Source of the DNA: Escherichia coli
Lineage (GTDB): Bacteria; Pseudomonadota; Gammaproteobacteria; Enterobacterales; Enterobacteriaceae
Reading direction: 5' to 3' (one strand)
DNA length: 64,000 nt
NCBI RefSeq assembly: GCF_048403405.1
Contig: NZ_CP183129.1
Made by a program: the position numbers and the translations under genes. Numbering within the stretch: position 1 is the stretch's first letter; every line of letters starts with the position of its first letter. Under the pieces are notes generated by a model. That model ran no database searches. It was not told the origin of the DNA and saw nothing but the letters and a program-made list of their open reading frames with translations. Shown in pieces: positions 34,360 through 47,816 of the stretch.

Positions 34360-34590
34360 TTACGATTTTTTATGCCATTTATCATCATCCCCTTTGGCAT
34401 ATTCATGCTTCACAGCAGCCCAGGCCACTTTATGCGAGGTTTCTTCGCGACTGGCGTCATCACGCCGATCTTCTTTATCTTTATATTGCTCCCATGCGCT
34501 GTTAAACGCTTCTTTATAGATATCCTGAGCATGAGACGGTAGCACGTGCTTTACGCTTTCCGGCAGATCGCTTTTCGTTTTATACGGCAT
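34360..34590 (-). CDS. chaB: cation transport regulator ChaB
   Basis: 76 aa MPYKTKSDLPESVKHVLPSHAQDIYKEAFNSAW... Confidence 0.9.
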   Translation of the reverse strand: MPYKTKSDLPESVKHVLPSHAQDIYKEAFNSAWEQYKDKEDRRDDASREETSHKVAWAAVKHEYAKGDDDKWHKKS

Positions 34591-34859
34591 CGTTGACTCC
34601 TTTTACAAAGTTGAACATTAAGTGTGGTCAACAATATCCACTCTTGCCAAAACATAAGAATTTTCATGTCAGACTCTTCTTAAGAAACGCTAAAACAAAC
34701 ATTGTCTAAACGCATTGCTTATTTTTATGGCCCGATGAGTAAAAAATCGACAGCGGGGTAAAAATTCGTAAAATGTTACCGATATCCAGACACTTTCTGT
34801 TATTTTTCCTACCTATTTTTTACATTTTCGATAAATTCATCTGCAAAGGGATAACCATA

Positions 34860-35960
34860 ATGTCAAATGCTCAAGAGGCGGTAAAAACCCGCCACAAGGA
34901 GACTTCGCTTATTTTCCCGGTTCTGGCGCTGGTAGTGCTGTTCCTGTGGGGAAGCAGCCAGACACTACCAGTGGTCATTGGCATCAATCTTCTTGCTCTT
35001 ATTGGTATTTTAAGTAGCGCCTTTAGTGTTGTCCGTCATGCGGACGTATTAGCCCATCGCCTGGGAGAACCTTACGGTTCGCTTATTCTTAGCCTTTCAG
35101 TGGTTATTCTTGAAGTCAGTTTGATTTCAGCTTTAATGGCAACCGGCGACGCCGCGCCAACGCTAATGCGTGATACGCTCTATTCAATCATTATGATTGT
35201 TACCGGTGGGCTGGTTGGCTTTTCATTATTGTTGGGCGGACGCAAGTTTGCCACCCAATATATGAATCTGTTTGGTATCAAGCAGTATTTAATTGCGTTG
35301 TTCCCCCTGGCGATAATCGTACTGGTATTTCCAATGGCTCTGCCTGCGGCGAATTTTTCAACCGGTCAGGCGTTACTGGTAGCATTAATTTCTGCGGCAA
35401 TGTATGGCGTATTTTTGCTGATCCAGACCAAAACGCATCAAAGTTTATTTGTCTACGAGCACGAAGATGACAGTGATGATGACGACCCGCACCACGGTAA
35501 ACCGTCTGCCCATAGCAGCCTTTGGCATGCTATCTGGTTGATTGTCCATCTGATTGCCGTTATTGCAGTCACCAAAATGAACGCCAGCCCGCTGGAGACA
35601 TTGCTCGACAGCATGAATGCCCCTGTCGCCTTTACTGGCTTCCTGGTGGCTCTGTTGATTCTGTCGCCGGAAGGTTTAGGTGCGTTAAAAGCAGTGTTGA
35701 ACAACCAGGTCCAGCGCGCGATGAATCTGTTCTTTGGTTCAGTGTTAGCAACCATTTCGCTTACCGTACCTGTCGTCACGCTAATTGCCTTTATGACGGG
35801 TAACGAATTGCAGTTTGCACTTGGTGCGCCAGAAATGGTAGTGATGGTGGCCTCTTTAGTGCTGTGCCATATCTCCTTCTCCACCGGACGTACTAACGTG
35901 CTCAATGGCGCAGCGCATCTGGCACTGTTTGCCGCCTATTTGATGACGATATTTGCCTGA
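34860..35960 (+). CDS. chaA: Ca2+/H+ (Na+/H+) antiporter
   Basis: Start at MSNAQEAVKTRHKE (366 aa) inside the 395 aa ORF-track entry; CaCA-family multi-TM protein. Confidence 0.93.
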   Translation: MSNAQEAVKTRHKETSLIFPVLALVVLFLWGSSQTLPVVIGINLLALIGILSSAFSVVRHADVLAHRLGEPYGSLILSLSVVILEVSLISALMATGDAAPTLMRDTLYSIIMIVTGGLVGFSLLLGGRKFATQYMNLFGIKQYLIALFPLAIIVLVFPMALPAANFSTGQALLVALISAAMYGVFLLIQTKTHQSLFVYEHEDDSDDDDPHHGKPSAHSSLWHAIWLIVHLIAVIAVTKMNASPLETLLDSMNAPVAFTGFLVALLILSPEGLGALKAVLNNQVQRAMNLFFGSVLATISLTVPVVTLIAFMTGNELQFALGAPEMVVMVASLVLCHISFSTGRTNVLNGAAHLALFAAYLMTIFA

Positions 35961-36249
35961 CAGTTATATCTCCTCCGATGACAGAAATCGGGGGAGATAA
36001 TATAAATTCCTGCTTATTGTATTTCTTCATACTACCTGAACAGGTTGTTAATCAGAATTGCGAGCCTGTACCAGAACCTGCACGAAACCACTGCAACAGC
36101 TGTTGAAAAGCCGGAATGTACTCTTTATTGCAAACATTTCAGGGATGAAGTGAAGATGAATTGAGACGTAGTATCCACACCAAGCCGGCGTTATCCGGTG
36201 AGGCGCAATGTTGCGGGGGCTTTATCCCTGGTGGCATTGGTTGCTGGAA

Positions 36250-36317
36250 AGAGAAAACCCCCGCACGTTGAGAGGTAAAACCTGACAACAGAACGGGGGC
36301 TAATCTTGAACCATCAA
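36250..36317 (-). ncRNA. rdl: predicted Rdl antisense RNA, copy A (coordinates approximate)
   Basis: Minus-strand promoter ttgtaa-N17-tattct (-10 at 36325..36330), stem cccccg/cggggg plus T-rich tract about 67 nt downstream; antisense to the ldr leader. Confidence 0.4.
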
Positions 36318-36365
36318 CAATTCAAGAATAGCCGCAAAATGTTGTCATTACAACAAGGCGGCTAT

Positions 36366-36473
36366 ATGACGCTCGCGCAGTTTGCCATGATTTTCTGGCA
36401 CGACCTGGCAGCACCGATCCTGGCGGGAATTATTACCGCAGCGATTGTCAGCTGGTGGCGTAACCGGAAGTAA
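36366..36473 (+). CDS. ldr: Ldr type I toxin (35 aa membrane peptide)
   Basis: MTLAQFAMIFWHDLAAPILAGIITAAIVSWWRNRK; followed by hairpin ggccgcaggtgtaacagcctgcggcc plus TTTTTT (36523..36554). Confidence 0.9.
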   Translation: MTLAQFAMIFWHDLAAPILAGIITAAIVSWWRNRK

Positions 36474-36784
36474 GGTGAAAACGGGCGTCAGGCTGCCGTG
36501 ATGGCAATATGCGCCCGAAACCGGCCGCAGGTGTAACAGCCTGCGGCCTTTTTTGTCTTTATCTCTTCCACAAGTAAATATTGGCAACCCGAGCTGGAAG
36601 CATCATCCAGAGCACTCATGAAACGACTGTAACAGCTGTTGAAAAACCGGAATGCACTCTTCATTGCATACATTTCAGGGATGAAGTGAAGATGAATTGA
36701 GTCGTAGTATCCACACCAAGCCGGCGTTATCCGGTGAGGCGCAATGTTGCGGGGGCTCTATCCCTGGTGGCATTGGTTGCTGGA

Positions 36785-36852
36785 AAGAGAAAACCCCCGC
36801 ACGTTGAGAGGTATAACCTGACAACAGAACGGGGGCTAATCTTGAACCAGAA
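36785..36852 (-). ncRNA. rdl: predicted Rdl antisense RNA, copy B (coordinates approximate)
   Basis: Same promoter and terminator-like elements as copy A, shifted by 535 bp. Confidence 0.4.
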
Positions 36853-36900
36853 CAATTCAAGAATAGCCGCAAAATGTTGTCATTACAACAAGGCGGCTAT

Positions 36901-37008
36901 ATGACGCTCACGCAGTTTGCCATGACTTTCTGGCACGACCTGGCAGCACCGATCCTGGCGGGAATTATTACCGCAGCGATTGTCAGCTGGTGGCGTAACC
37001 GGAAGTAA
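36901..37008 (+). CDS. ldr: Ldr type I toxin (35 aa), second copy
   Basis: MTLTQFAMTFWHDLAAPILAGIITAAIVSWWRNRK (two substitutions relative to copy A); terminator hairpin 37058..37089. Confidence 0.9.
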   Translation: MTLTQFAMTFWHDLAAPILAGIITAAIVSWWRNRK

Positions 37009-37104
37009 GGTGAAAACGGGCGTCAGGCTGCCGTGATGGCAATATGCGCCCGAAACCGGCCGCAGGAGTAACAGCCTGCGGCCTTTTTTGTATCCGGCCC
37101 CATG

Positions 37105-37822
37105 AATAAATATCCTCCGGCATAGCCGGAGGTTTTTCAAATGCGCCTATAAGGCTCTCTTACCAGCCGCGCCCTAACAGGCGCACACGATCTGACATTT
37201 GCATCCAACTTCGTTACTTACGGCCCGTAAACGGGCTGCCCGGATAGGGAATCGATAACTGCTCTCCCATTTTATCCTCTTCAAGCTGGTGCTTTATGTA
37301 ATCCTGTATCTTCGCCGTGTTCTTACCCACCGTATCGACGTAGTACCCTCTGCACCAGAACTCCCTGTTCCTGTATTTGAATTTCAAATCACCAAACTGC
37401 TCGTAAAGCATCAGACTGCTTTTCCCTTTCAGATATCCCATAAAGCCGGATACGCTCATTTTGGGCGGGATCTCCACAAGCATATGGATATGATCTGCAC
37501 AGCATTCAGCTTCCAGAATCCGTACACTTTTCCACTCACACAGCTTTCTCAAAATACTGCCTATTGCTCTACGCTTCTCTCTGTAGAACACCTGTCTTCG
37601 GTATTTTGGCGCAAAAACTATGTGATATTTACAGTTCCATCGGGTGTGCGCTAAGCTCTTTTCGTTCCCCATTGGGACCCCCTTTTGATTTCTTGTTTGA
37701 CACTTGCAGTTGCCAGACCGCAAGGTGTTTTAACAAATCAAAAGGGGTTTTAATAACTGGCTTAAAGCTGAAAGCTTTCCGGAACCCCCAGCCTAGCTGG
37801 GGGTTTTCTGTGCACAAAAAAG
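37105..37822 (-). mobile_element. IS200-family insertion sequence, copy 2
   Basis: Identical to 2044..2761 over the full length; flanks differ (ldr terminator on one side, kdsA terminator on the other). Confidence 0.9.
37214..37672 (-). CDS. tnpA: IS200/IS605-family Y1 (HuH) transposase TnpA
   Basis: Same protein as 2153..2611. Confidence 0.9.
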   Translation of the reverse strand: MGNEKSLAHTRWNCKYHIVFAPKYRRQVFYREKRRAIGSILRKLCEWKSVRILEAECCADHIHMLVEIPPKMSVSGFMGYLKGKSSLMLYEQFGDLKFKYRNREFWCRGYYVDTVGKNTAKIQDYIKHQLEEDKMGEQLSIPYPGSPFTGRK

Positions 37823-37847
37823 CCTTAACGCAGAACGCTAAGGCTTT
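37822..37847 (-). terminator. kdsA intrinsic terminator
   Basis: Minus strand hairpin gccttagcgttctgcgttaaggc then T-run; the T-run lies at the IS200 boundary. Confidence 0.55.
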
Positions 37848-37866
37848 AGTTTTCAAGCAAAAAAGT

Positions 37867-38730
<864 letters not shown>

Positions 38731-38756
38731 TTAATCTTGAGTAAAATGTCGATTAA

Positions 38757-39566
38757 TTAATGCAGCACAATATGTTTATGCGCGATGTTATTTATTTGCG
38801 CACGGATCATTTCGCTGATCGGGTCTTCCGGACACTGTTCAACGAAATAACTTAAATCGTTCAACGCAACGTGTTCGCAATCCAGTTGCGCATAAATCAA
38901 CCCGCGATCGCGAATTTCATAGGGATCTTCCGGGTTGAATTGTAATAAAGCTTCGCTGGTGCGTAACGCCAGCTCCATCTGATTTTCTTCCATCAACGAA
39001 GCTTTGAGTGTATCCAGCAATTTGCGGATTACCTCAATGTTATCAGCTTCATCAAGGTCTTCATAAAACAGTTCCGCCGACGGGCTGATATTTCCCTTTA
39101 ACCATACATCCAGCATATGTTCGCTTAACGATTCACCGTTAAAAGGATTAATCAGCCAAATTTCGCCATCCGGACATTCAATGCGCAATATCAGCTGCGT
39201 CGGGAAAATCACCGGCAATAGCGGCAAATCGAGACGATTCGCGACCCATAATAAAACGGCACCTAATGATACCGCACTGCCCTGTCGATTCTTTAACACC
39301 TGGTCCAGCCATAATGCATCGGAAAGGCGATAAACGCCGCGTGAGGCTTTAAATCCCCAGTCGCCGTAAAACAGCGCGATCAGTTTTTCCAACTGCTCTT
39401 CTAAAGGCAGAAGCTGGCTGATTTCTTCCTTCGCCAGACTAACGAGACGCTCCAGTTCGTCGTAAACATCTTGCGAGGGAAAATCGCGGCGGATTGCTTC
39501 GCAAGCCAGGATCATGCCTTCGCACAATGGCGCTTTATTAAATTCGAAATCAGCTAACGATCTCAT
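38757..39566 (-). CDS. ychA: transglutaminase-like/TPR protein YchA (SirB1)
   Basis: 269 aa, synteny between kdsA and ychQ. Confidence 0.85.
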   Translation of the reverse strand: MRSLADFEFNKAPLCEGMILACEAIRRDFPSQDVYDELERLVSLAKEEISQLLPLEEQLEKLIALFYGDWGFKASRGVYRLSDALWLDQVLKNRQGSAVSLGAVLLWVANRLDLPLLPVIFPTQLILRIECPDGEIWLINPFNGESLSEHMLDVWLKGNISPSAELFYEDLDEADNIEVIRKLLDTLKASLMEENQMELALRTSEALLQFNPEDPYEIRDRGLIYAQLDCEHVALNDLSYFVEQCPEDPISEMIRAQINNIAHKHIVLH

Positions 39567-39569
39567 GAC

Positions 39570-39962
39570 TTACCCCAGTAACGGTACTTTTGTGGTGGCG
39601 AGTTTAATGATGATGTACAGCACCACCAACGCCAGCGGGAAGGCAATAATGCGCGCCTGCTGACTGTGCATACGACGATAATCGAATGCAATAAAACCCA
39701 AAACGATATAAATGATAACTCCAAACAGCTTTTCAGTCAGCCACTGTGCCTGCCCGGAAAATGGCAGGATGTGCGCTTTAGCCATCAACGCAATGCCGCT
39801 TAACAATAACACCGTATCGACAACCGGCGGCACAATGCGCGTCCAACGAGCAAATGCCTGTGGATGCTTCTGATAACGTAGCCAGAAACGTAAGGTTAAT
39901 AGCCCTACAGAAAGCGCAATGCTAATGAGATGAACGCTAAGCAGTGTAGAAAAACTTGTCAT
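39570..39962 (-). CDS. ychQ: small inner membrane protein YchQ (SirB2)
   Basis: 130 aa, four TM helices. Confidence 0.85.
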   Translation of the reverse strand: MTSFSTLLSVHLISIALSVGLLTLRFWLRYQKHPQAFARWTRIVPPVVDTVLLLSGIALMAKAHILPFSGQAQWLTEKLFGVIIYIVLGFIAFDYRRMHSQQARIIAFPLALVVLYIIIKLATTKVPLLG

Positions 39963-40792
39963 TGATAATAGCGGCCGAGCGTTACGCGCTCGTTATCACC
40001 ATAGTCCCGACAGGTTTCGACGTCATGATATCCCGCGTGGATAAATGCCTGTCGCACCGCTTCGCCCTGCTGCCAACCATGTTCCAGAAGCAGAAAGCCG
40101 CCGGATACCAGCGCGTTACGCGACTGTTCGATGATATGCACAATGTCTGCCATTCCACTGTCTGCCGCAACCAGCGCAGTGAGCGGCTCAAAGCGAACAT
40201 CGCCTTGTTGAAGATGTGGGTCCTGCTCGTCAATATACGGCGGATTACTGACAATCATCGCAAACTGCTGCCCGGCTAGCGCGCTAAACCAGTCGCTTTG
40301 CAGAATATGGATGTTTTTGATCGCCAGATTCTGGGCATTACGTTGCGCCAGGGCGACAGCATCGGGCATACGATCTACAGCGGTAATTTCGCAGTCCGGG
40401 CGCTCGCTAGCCAGCGCCAGCGCAATCGCCCCGGTACCCGTCCCGAGATCGAGAATACGGCAAGGTTGTTCAGGCAACCGCGCCAGTGCCTGCTCCACCA
40501 GACACTCCGTATCCGGGCGCGGAATTAAGGTCGCTGGCGAAACAAATAACGGCAACGACCAGAATTCTCGCACCCCGGTTAAATGAGCAATGGGTTCACC
40601 ATCGCGACGACGTGTCAGTAGCGCATCAAGTTGCTGACATTGTTCGTCAGTCAGCTGCGTTTCACCAAAGGCGAGAATAAAAGTACGCCCTCTGCCGGTA
40701 ACATGCTCCAGCAGGATTTCAGCATCACGCCGCGGGCTTTCGCTCGCCTGAAGTTGGCTTATTGCTTCACGTAACCAGTGTTGATATTCCAT
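39959..40792 (-). CDS. prmC: release factor glutamine N5-methyltransferase
   Basis: 277 aa, SAM-binding DLGTGTGAIA and NPPY catalytic motif. Confidence 0.95.
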   Translation of the reverse strand: MEYQHWLREAISQLQASESPRRDAEILLEHVTGRGRTFILAFGETQLTDEQCQQLDALLTRRRDGEPIAHLTGVREFWSLPLFVSPATLIPRPDTECLVEQALARLPEQPCRILDLGTGTGAIALALASERPDCEITAVDRMPDAVALAQRNAQNLAIKNIHILQSDWFSALAGQQFAMIVSNPPYIDEQDPHLQQGDVRFEPLTALVAADSGMADIVHIIEQSRNALVSGGFLLLEHGWQQGEAVRQAFIHAGYHDVETCRDYGDNERVTLGRYYQ

Positions 40793-41874
40793 TATTCCTG
40801 CTCGGACAACGCCGCCAGTTGGTCGGCCTGATGTTCCTGGATAATCGGTTCAATCAGCATATCCAGCTTACCTTCCATCACTTCATCCAGGCGGTAGAGC
40901 GTCAGGTTGATGCGGTGATCGGTAACGCGCCCCTGCGGGAAGTTGTAAGTACGGTTACGGTCGCTGCGATCGCCACTCCCCAGCAGGTTACGACGGGTAG
41001 ACGCTTCGGCCTGTTGCCGTTTTGCCATTTCTGCAGCGTGGATGCGAGCACCGAGTACAGAAAGTGCTTTAGCTTTGTTTTTATGTTGTGAACGTTCGTC
41101 CTGACATTCAACAACAATCCCAGTCGGCAAGTGAGTAATACGAATTGCCGAATCGGTGGTGTTAACGTGCTGACCACCCGCCCCTGACGAGCGGAAAGTA
41201 TCAATGCGTAAATCTGCCGGGTTGATGTCCGGCAGTTCTGCGTCAGGCAGTTCTGGCATTACCGCAACGGTACAAGCAGAAGTATGAATACGCCCCTGCG
41301 ATTCCGTAGCAGGAACACGTTGCACGCGATGACCGCCAGATTCGAATTTCAAACGACCATATACACCATCACCGCTAATTTTGGCGATGATCTCTTTATA
41401 GCCACCATGTTCACCCTCGCTGGCGCTCATGATTTCTACACGCCAGCGGCGGGCTTCGGCGTAACGGCTGTACATACGGAACAGATCGCCAGCGAAGAGC
41501 GCCGCTTCGTCGCCGCCGGTTCCGGCACGGACTTCGAGGAAGGCGTTACGTTCGTCATCAGGATCTTTTGGTAGTAACAGAACCTGTAATTGCTGTTCCA
41601 GTTGCTCGCTTTTTTCTTTAGCTTCGCGCAGTTCATCCTGCGCCATCTCACGCATTTCAGGATCGTCGAGCATCATCTGTGCGGTTTCGATATCTTCCTG
41701 AACCTGTTGCCAGTCGGTAAAACAGCGCGAAACATCACTTAACTGCGCATATTCGCGTGATAATGCGCGAAAACGTTCCTGGTCGGCGATAGTTTGCGCG
41801 TCACCCAGCAACGCCTGAACTTCTTCATGGCGTTCATGCAGGGCTTCCAGTTTGGCAACGATAGAAGGCTTCAT
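40792..41874 (-). CDS. prfA: peptide chain release factor 1
   Basis: 360 aa; GGQ motif ([11 protein letters not shown]) and PxT-type region. Confidence 0.97.
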
Positions 41875-41915
41875 AGGCGTAAATGCACCCTGTAAAAAAA
41901 GAAAATGATGTACTG

Positions 41916-43172
41916 CTACTCCAGCCCGAGGCCGTCGCGCAGAATATTCAGGCGTTCGTTATCCCCGTCACGGGCGGCCTGTTGAAGTGATTTCGTTGGC
42001 GCATGGATCAGGCGGTTAGTCAGTTTCCATGCCAGATCCTGCATAATGGCTTGCGCGTCGCCGCCCTGCTCAAGGGCCGCTAACGCTTTGGCGGTTAACT
42101 CATCGCGAACTTGCTCTGCCTGGCTGCGATACTCGCGAATGGTTTCGCTGGCGCTTTGTGCACGCAGCCACGCCATAAATTCGCTGGTTTCCTGGGCGAC
42201 AATAGTTTCCGCCTCAACTGCTGCGGCTTTACGCTGCGCCAGGTTATGCGAAATGATGCTTTGCAGATCGTCAACGCTATAAAGATAAGCATTCGCCAGT
42301 TTACCTACTTCCGGCTCAACATCGCGCGGAACTGCAATATCCACCAACAGCATCGGTTGGTTACGACGACTTTTTAATGCGCGCTCCACCATGCCTTTCC
42401 CGATAATCGGTAACGGGCTGGCGGTGGAACTAATGATGATATCGGCTTCGCGCAGACGCTCGTCGATATCGCTCAGGGCAATAACTTCCGCGCCGACTTC
42501 ATCTGCCAGAATTTGGGCACGTTCGCGAGTGCGGTTGGCGATAATCATCTTCTGTACTTTGTGTTCGCGCAGATGACGCGCCACCAGCTCGATGGTTTCG
42601 CCCGCACCCACCAGCAGTACCGTCACCGTAGAGAGCGATTCAAAGATCTGCCGCGCCAGCGTACAAGCCGCAAAAGCGACAGACACAGCACTGGCACCGA
42701 TATCTGTTTCAGTGCGAACGCGTTTCGCTACAGAGAAAGATTTCTGGAACATGCGTTCCAGTTCGCTGGCCTTCATATGACCTTTTTGCGAATCAGCAAA
42801 GGCTTTTTTTACCTGACCGAGGATCTGCGGCTCCCCCAGAACCAGTGAATCCAGGCCGCTGGCAACACGCATCAGATGGCTAACCGCGTCGTTATCCTGA
42901 TGCCAGTAGAGGCTTTTACGCAGGTCTTCTTCATTAAGATTGTGATAATCGCAAAGCCAGCGGATTAACGCCTCTTGCAGGTTATCCTGCTCTTCAACGC
43001 TAAGATAAAGTTCCGTGCGATTGCACGTCGACAGCACCACGCCGCCCTGCACCATCGGCTGCGCAAGCAGGCTGTCAAGCGCCTGATCGAGCTTATCCGG
43101 CGAAAACGATACACGTTCTCGCAGCGATACAGGTGCCGTTTTATGGTTAATACCGAGCGCTAAAAGGGTCAT
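41916..43172 (-). CDS. hemA: glutamyl-tRNA reductase
   Basis: Start at [19 protein letters not shown] (418 aa) inside the 484 aa ORF-track entry; NADP-binding GAGETIE. Confidence 0.95.
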
Positions 43173-43316
43173 GTCTGCGGGAAATAATACCAACGTTGAT
43201 AGGGTTAGTCTGCTTGCATCATACAGGATGCGTAAGATCAATAAAAGAGAGCGCCCCCTTTTGGAGTAATTGCCGAAAGCCGTTAGATTCTGGCAATTAA
43301 GACAACTTGAACATAG

Positions 43317-44008
<692 letters not shown>

Positions 44009-44009
<1 letters not shown>

Positions 44010-44860
44010 TGCGGACACAGTGGCCCTCTCCGGCAAAACTTAATCTGTTTTTATACATTACCGGTCAGCGTGCGGATGGTTACCACACGCTGCAAACGCT
44101 GTTTCAGTTTCTTGATTACGGCGACACCATCAGCATTGAGCTTCGTGACGATGGGGATATTCGTCTGTTAACGCCCGTTGAAGGCGTGGAACATGAAGAT
44201 AACCTGATCGTTCGCGCAGCACGGTTGTTGATGAAAACTGCGGCAGACAGCGGGCGTCTTCCGACGGGAAGCGGTGCGGATATCAGCATTGACAAGCGTT
44301 TGCCGATGGGCGGCGGTCTCGGCGGTGGTTCTTCCAATGCCGCGACGGTTCTGGTGGCGTTAAATTATCTCTGGCAATGCGGACTAAGCATGGATGAGCT
44401 GGCGGAAATGGGGCTGACGCTGGGCGCAGATGTTCCTGTCTTTGTTCGGGGGCATGCCGCGTTTGCCGAAGGCGTTGGTGAAATACTAACGCCGGTGGAT
44501 CCGCCAGAGAAGTGGTATCTGGTGGCGCACCCTGGTGTAAGTATTCCGACACCGGTGATTTTTAAAGATCCTGAACTCCCGCGCAATACGCCAAAAAGGT
44601 CAATAGAAACGTTGCTAAAATGTGAATTCAGCAATGATTGCGAGGTTATCGCAAGAAAACGTTTTCGCGAGGTTGATGCGGTGCTTTCCTGGCTGTTAGA
44701 ATACGCCCCGTCGCGCCTGACTGGGACAGGGGCCTGTGTCTTTGCTGAATTTGATACAGAGTCTGAAGCCCGCCAGGTGCTAGAGCAAGCCCCGGAATGG
44801 CTCAATGGCTTTGTGGCGAAAGGCGTTAATCTTTCCCCATTGCACAGAGCCATGCTTTAA
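44009..44860 (+). CDS. ispE: 4-diphosphocytidyl-2-C-methyl-D-erythritol kinase
   Basis: 283 aa GHMP kinase, [14 protein letters not shown] motif. Confidence 0.95.
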
Positions 44861-44884
44861 GCCGGGCAAGCTGAGTTTCGGTGA

Positions 44885-45958
<1,074 letters not shown>

Positions 45959-46082
45959 TCGAACCCGGCTCAAAGACCCGCTGCGGCGGGTTTTTTTGTC
46001 TGTAATATCCATTTGTATGACCTATGCCTCCTTCACCTGCCATTTAGTTGACAGATGATGCGCTCACGGATGAAACATTATT

Positions 46083-47762
46083 GTGAACAAAATATTTTCC
46101 TCACATGTGATGCCTTTCCGCGCTCTGATCGACGCTTGCTGGAAAGAAAAATATACTGCCGCACGGTTTACCCGTGACCTGATTGCCGGGATAACCGTCG
46201 GGATTATTGCTATCCCGCTGGCAATGGCGTTGGCTATTGGTAGTGGTGTGGCACCCCAGTACGGTTTATATACCGCAGCTGTTGCGGGGATTGTCATTGC
46301 TCTGACGGGTGGGTCACGCTTTAGCGTTTCCGGTCCGACTGCGGCATTTGTGGTAATTCTCTATCCCGTTTCGCAACAGTTTGGACTGGCAGGACTGCTG
46401 GTCGCGACACTCATGTCAGGTGTCTTTTTGATCCTGATGGGGCTGGCACGTTTTGGACGCTTGATTGAATATATTCCGGTTTCCGTGACCTTAGGTTTCA
46501 CCTCGGGTATCGGGATCACCATCGGTACCATGCAGATTAAAGATTTTCTCGGTCTGCAAATGGCCCATGTCCCGGAGCATTATCTACAAAAAGTCGGCGC
46601 ATTATTTATGGCGTTGCCGACCATTAATGTGGGTGATGCTGCCATTGGCATTGTGACGCTTGGCATTCTGGTTTTCTGGCCGCGTCTGGGCATTCGTTTG
46701 CCTGGTCACCTTCCGGCCTTGCTGGCTGGTTGCGCGGTGATGGGGATTGTTAACCTGCTCGGCGGGCATGTTGCTACCATCGGATCGCAATTCCACTACG
46801 TTCTGGCAGATGGTTCTCAGGGTAACGGTATTCCGCAACTGCTGCCGCAACTGGTACTACCGTGGGACCTGCCCAATTCAGAATTTACCCTCACCTGGGA
46901 TTCTATTCGCACACTGCTGCCTGCGGCATTCTCAATGGCAATGCTCGGCGCAATCGAATCTCTGCTCTGCGCCGTGGTACTGGATGGTATGACCGGAACG
47001 AAACACAAAGCGAACAGCGAACTGGTTGGACAGGGACTGGGGAATATCATCGCCCCGTTCTTTGGTGGTATTACCGCTACAGCTGCCATCGCGCGTTCTG
47101 CCGCTAACGTCCGTGCCGGGGCAACTTCCCCTATCTCGGCGGTGATCCACTCTATTCTGGTTATTCTTGCCCTGCTGGTACTGGCACCGCTGCTCTCCTG
47201 GCTGCCGCTTTCCGCCATGGCTGCCCTGCTGTTGATGGTGGCGTGGAACATGAGTGAAGCGCACAAAGTGGTCGACTTGCTGCGTCATGCGCCGAAAGAT
47301 GACATCATCGTCATGCTGCTGTGCATGTCGCTGACTGTGCTGTTTGATATGGTTATTGCCATCAGCGTGGGGATCGTGCTGGCATCGCTACTGTTTATGC
47401 GTCGTATCGCACGTATGACTCGCCTGGCACCGGTAGTCGTAGACGTTCCAGACGATGTTCTGGTTCTGCGCGTTATTGGTCCGCTGTTTTTTGCTGCCGC
47501 TGAAGGCTTGTTCACGGACCTGGAGTCACGTCTTGAAGGCAAACGGATTGTGATTCTGAAGTGGGATGCCGTTCCGGTACTTGATGCTGGTGGTCTTGAT
47601 GCGTTCCAGCGTTTTGTGAAGCGTCTGCCCGAAGGATGTGAACTGCGCGTGTGCAACCTGGAATTCCAGCCACTGCGCACTATGGCTCGCGCAGGCATTC
47701 AACCGATCCCGGGCCGCCTTGCTTTCTTCCCGAATCGTCGCGCGGCGATGGCGGATTTATAA
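46083..47762 (+). CDS. dauA: SulP-family C4-dicarboxylate transporter with STAS domain
   Basis: 559 aa, multi-TM core plus C-terminal STAS domain. Confidence 0.9.
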   Translation: MNKIFSSHVMPFRALIDACWKEKYTAARFTRDLIAGITVGIIAIPLAMALAIGSGVAPQYGLYTAAVAGIVIALTGGSRFSVSGPTAAFVVILYPVSQQFGLAGLLVATLMSGVFLILMGLARFGRLIEYIPVSVTLGFTSGIGITIGTMQIKDFLGLQMAHVPEHYLQKVGALFMALPTINVGDAAIGIVTLGILVFWPRLGIRLPGHLPALLAGCAVMGIVNLLGGHVATIGSQFHYVLADGSQGNGIPQLLPQLVLPWDLPNSEFTLTWDSIRTLLPAAFSMAMLGAIESLLCAVVLDGMTGTKHKANSELVGQGLGNIIAPFFGGITATAAIARSAANVRAGATSPISAVIHSILVILALLVLAPLLSWLPLSAMAALLLMVAWNMSEAHKVVDLLRHAPKDDIIVMLLCMSLTVLFDMVIAISVGIVLASLLFMRRIARMTRLAPVVVDVPDDVLVLRVIGPLFFAAAEGLFTDLESRLEGKRIVILKWDAVPVLDAGGLDAFQRFVKRLPEGCELRVCNLEFQPLRTMARAGIQPIPGRLAFFPNRRAAMADL

Positions 47763-47816
47763 GTACGAGATTGACCAGTCAGCGCAAACTGACTGGTCAG
47801 CAAACTGCATTATTTG

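Larger units (their letters stand above)
36084..36556 (+). repeat. LDR (long direct repeat) unit A carrying ldr/rdl
   Basis: About 473 bp unit repeated at 36620..37091 with only a few substitutions; period about 535 bp. Confidence 0.85.
36620..37091 (+). repeat. LDR unit B carrying ldr/rdl
   Basis: Second copy of the unit; ends about 14 bp before IS200 copy 2. Confidence 0.85.

Noticed and set aside
36348-37140. Minus-strand ORFs of 79 and 85 aa overlapping the ldr genes
   Set aside because: Near-identical because they lie within the LDR repeat; antisense to the well-defined 35 aa Ldr ORFs and their terminators
46602-47698. Several minus-strand ORFs (82-149 aa) inside dauA
   Set aside because: Antisense to an intact 559 aa SulP transporter gene; low-complexity translations
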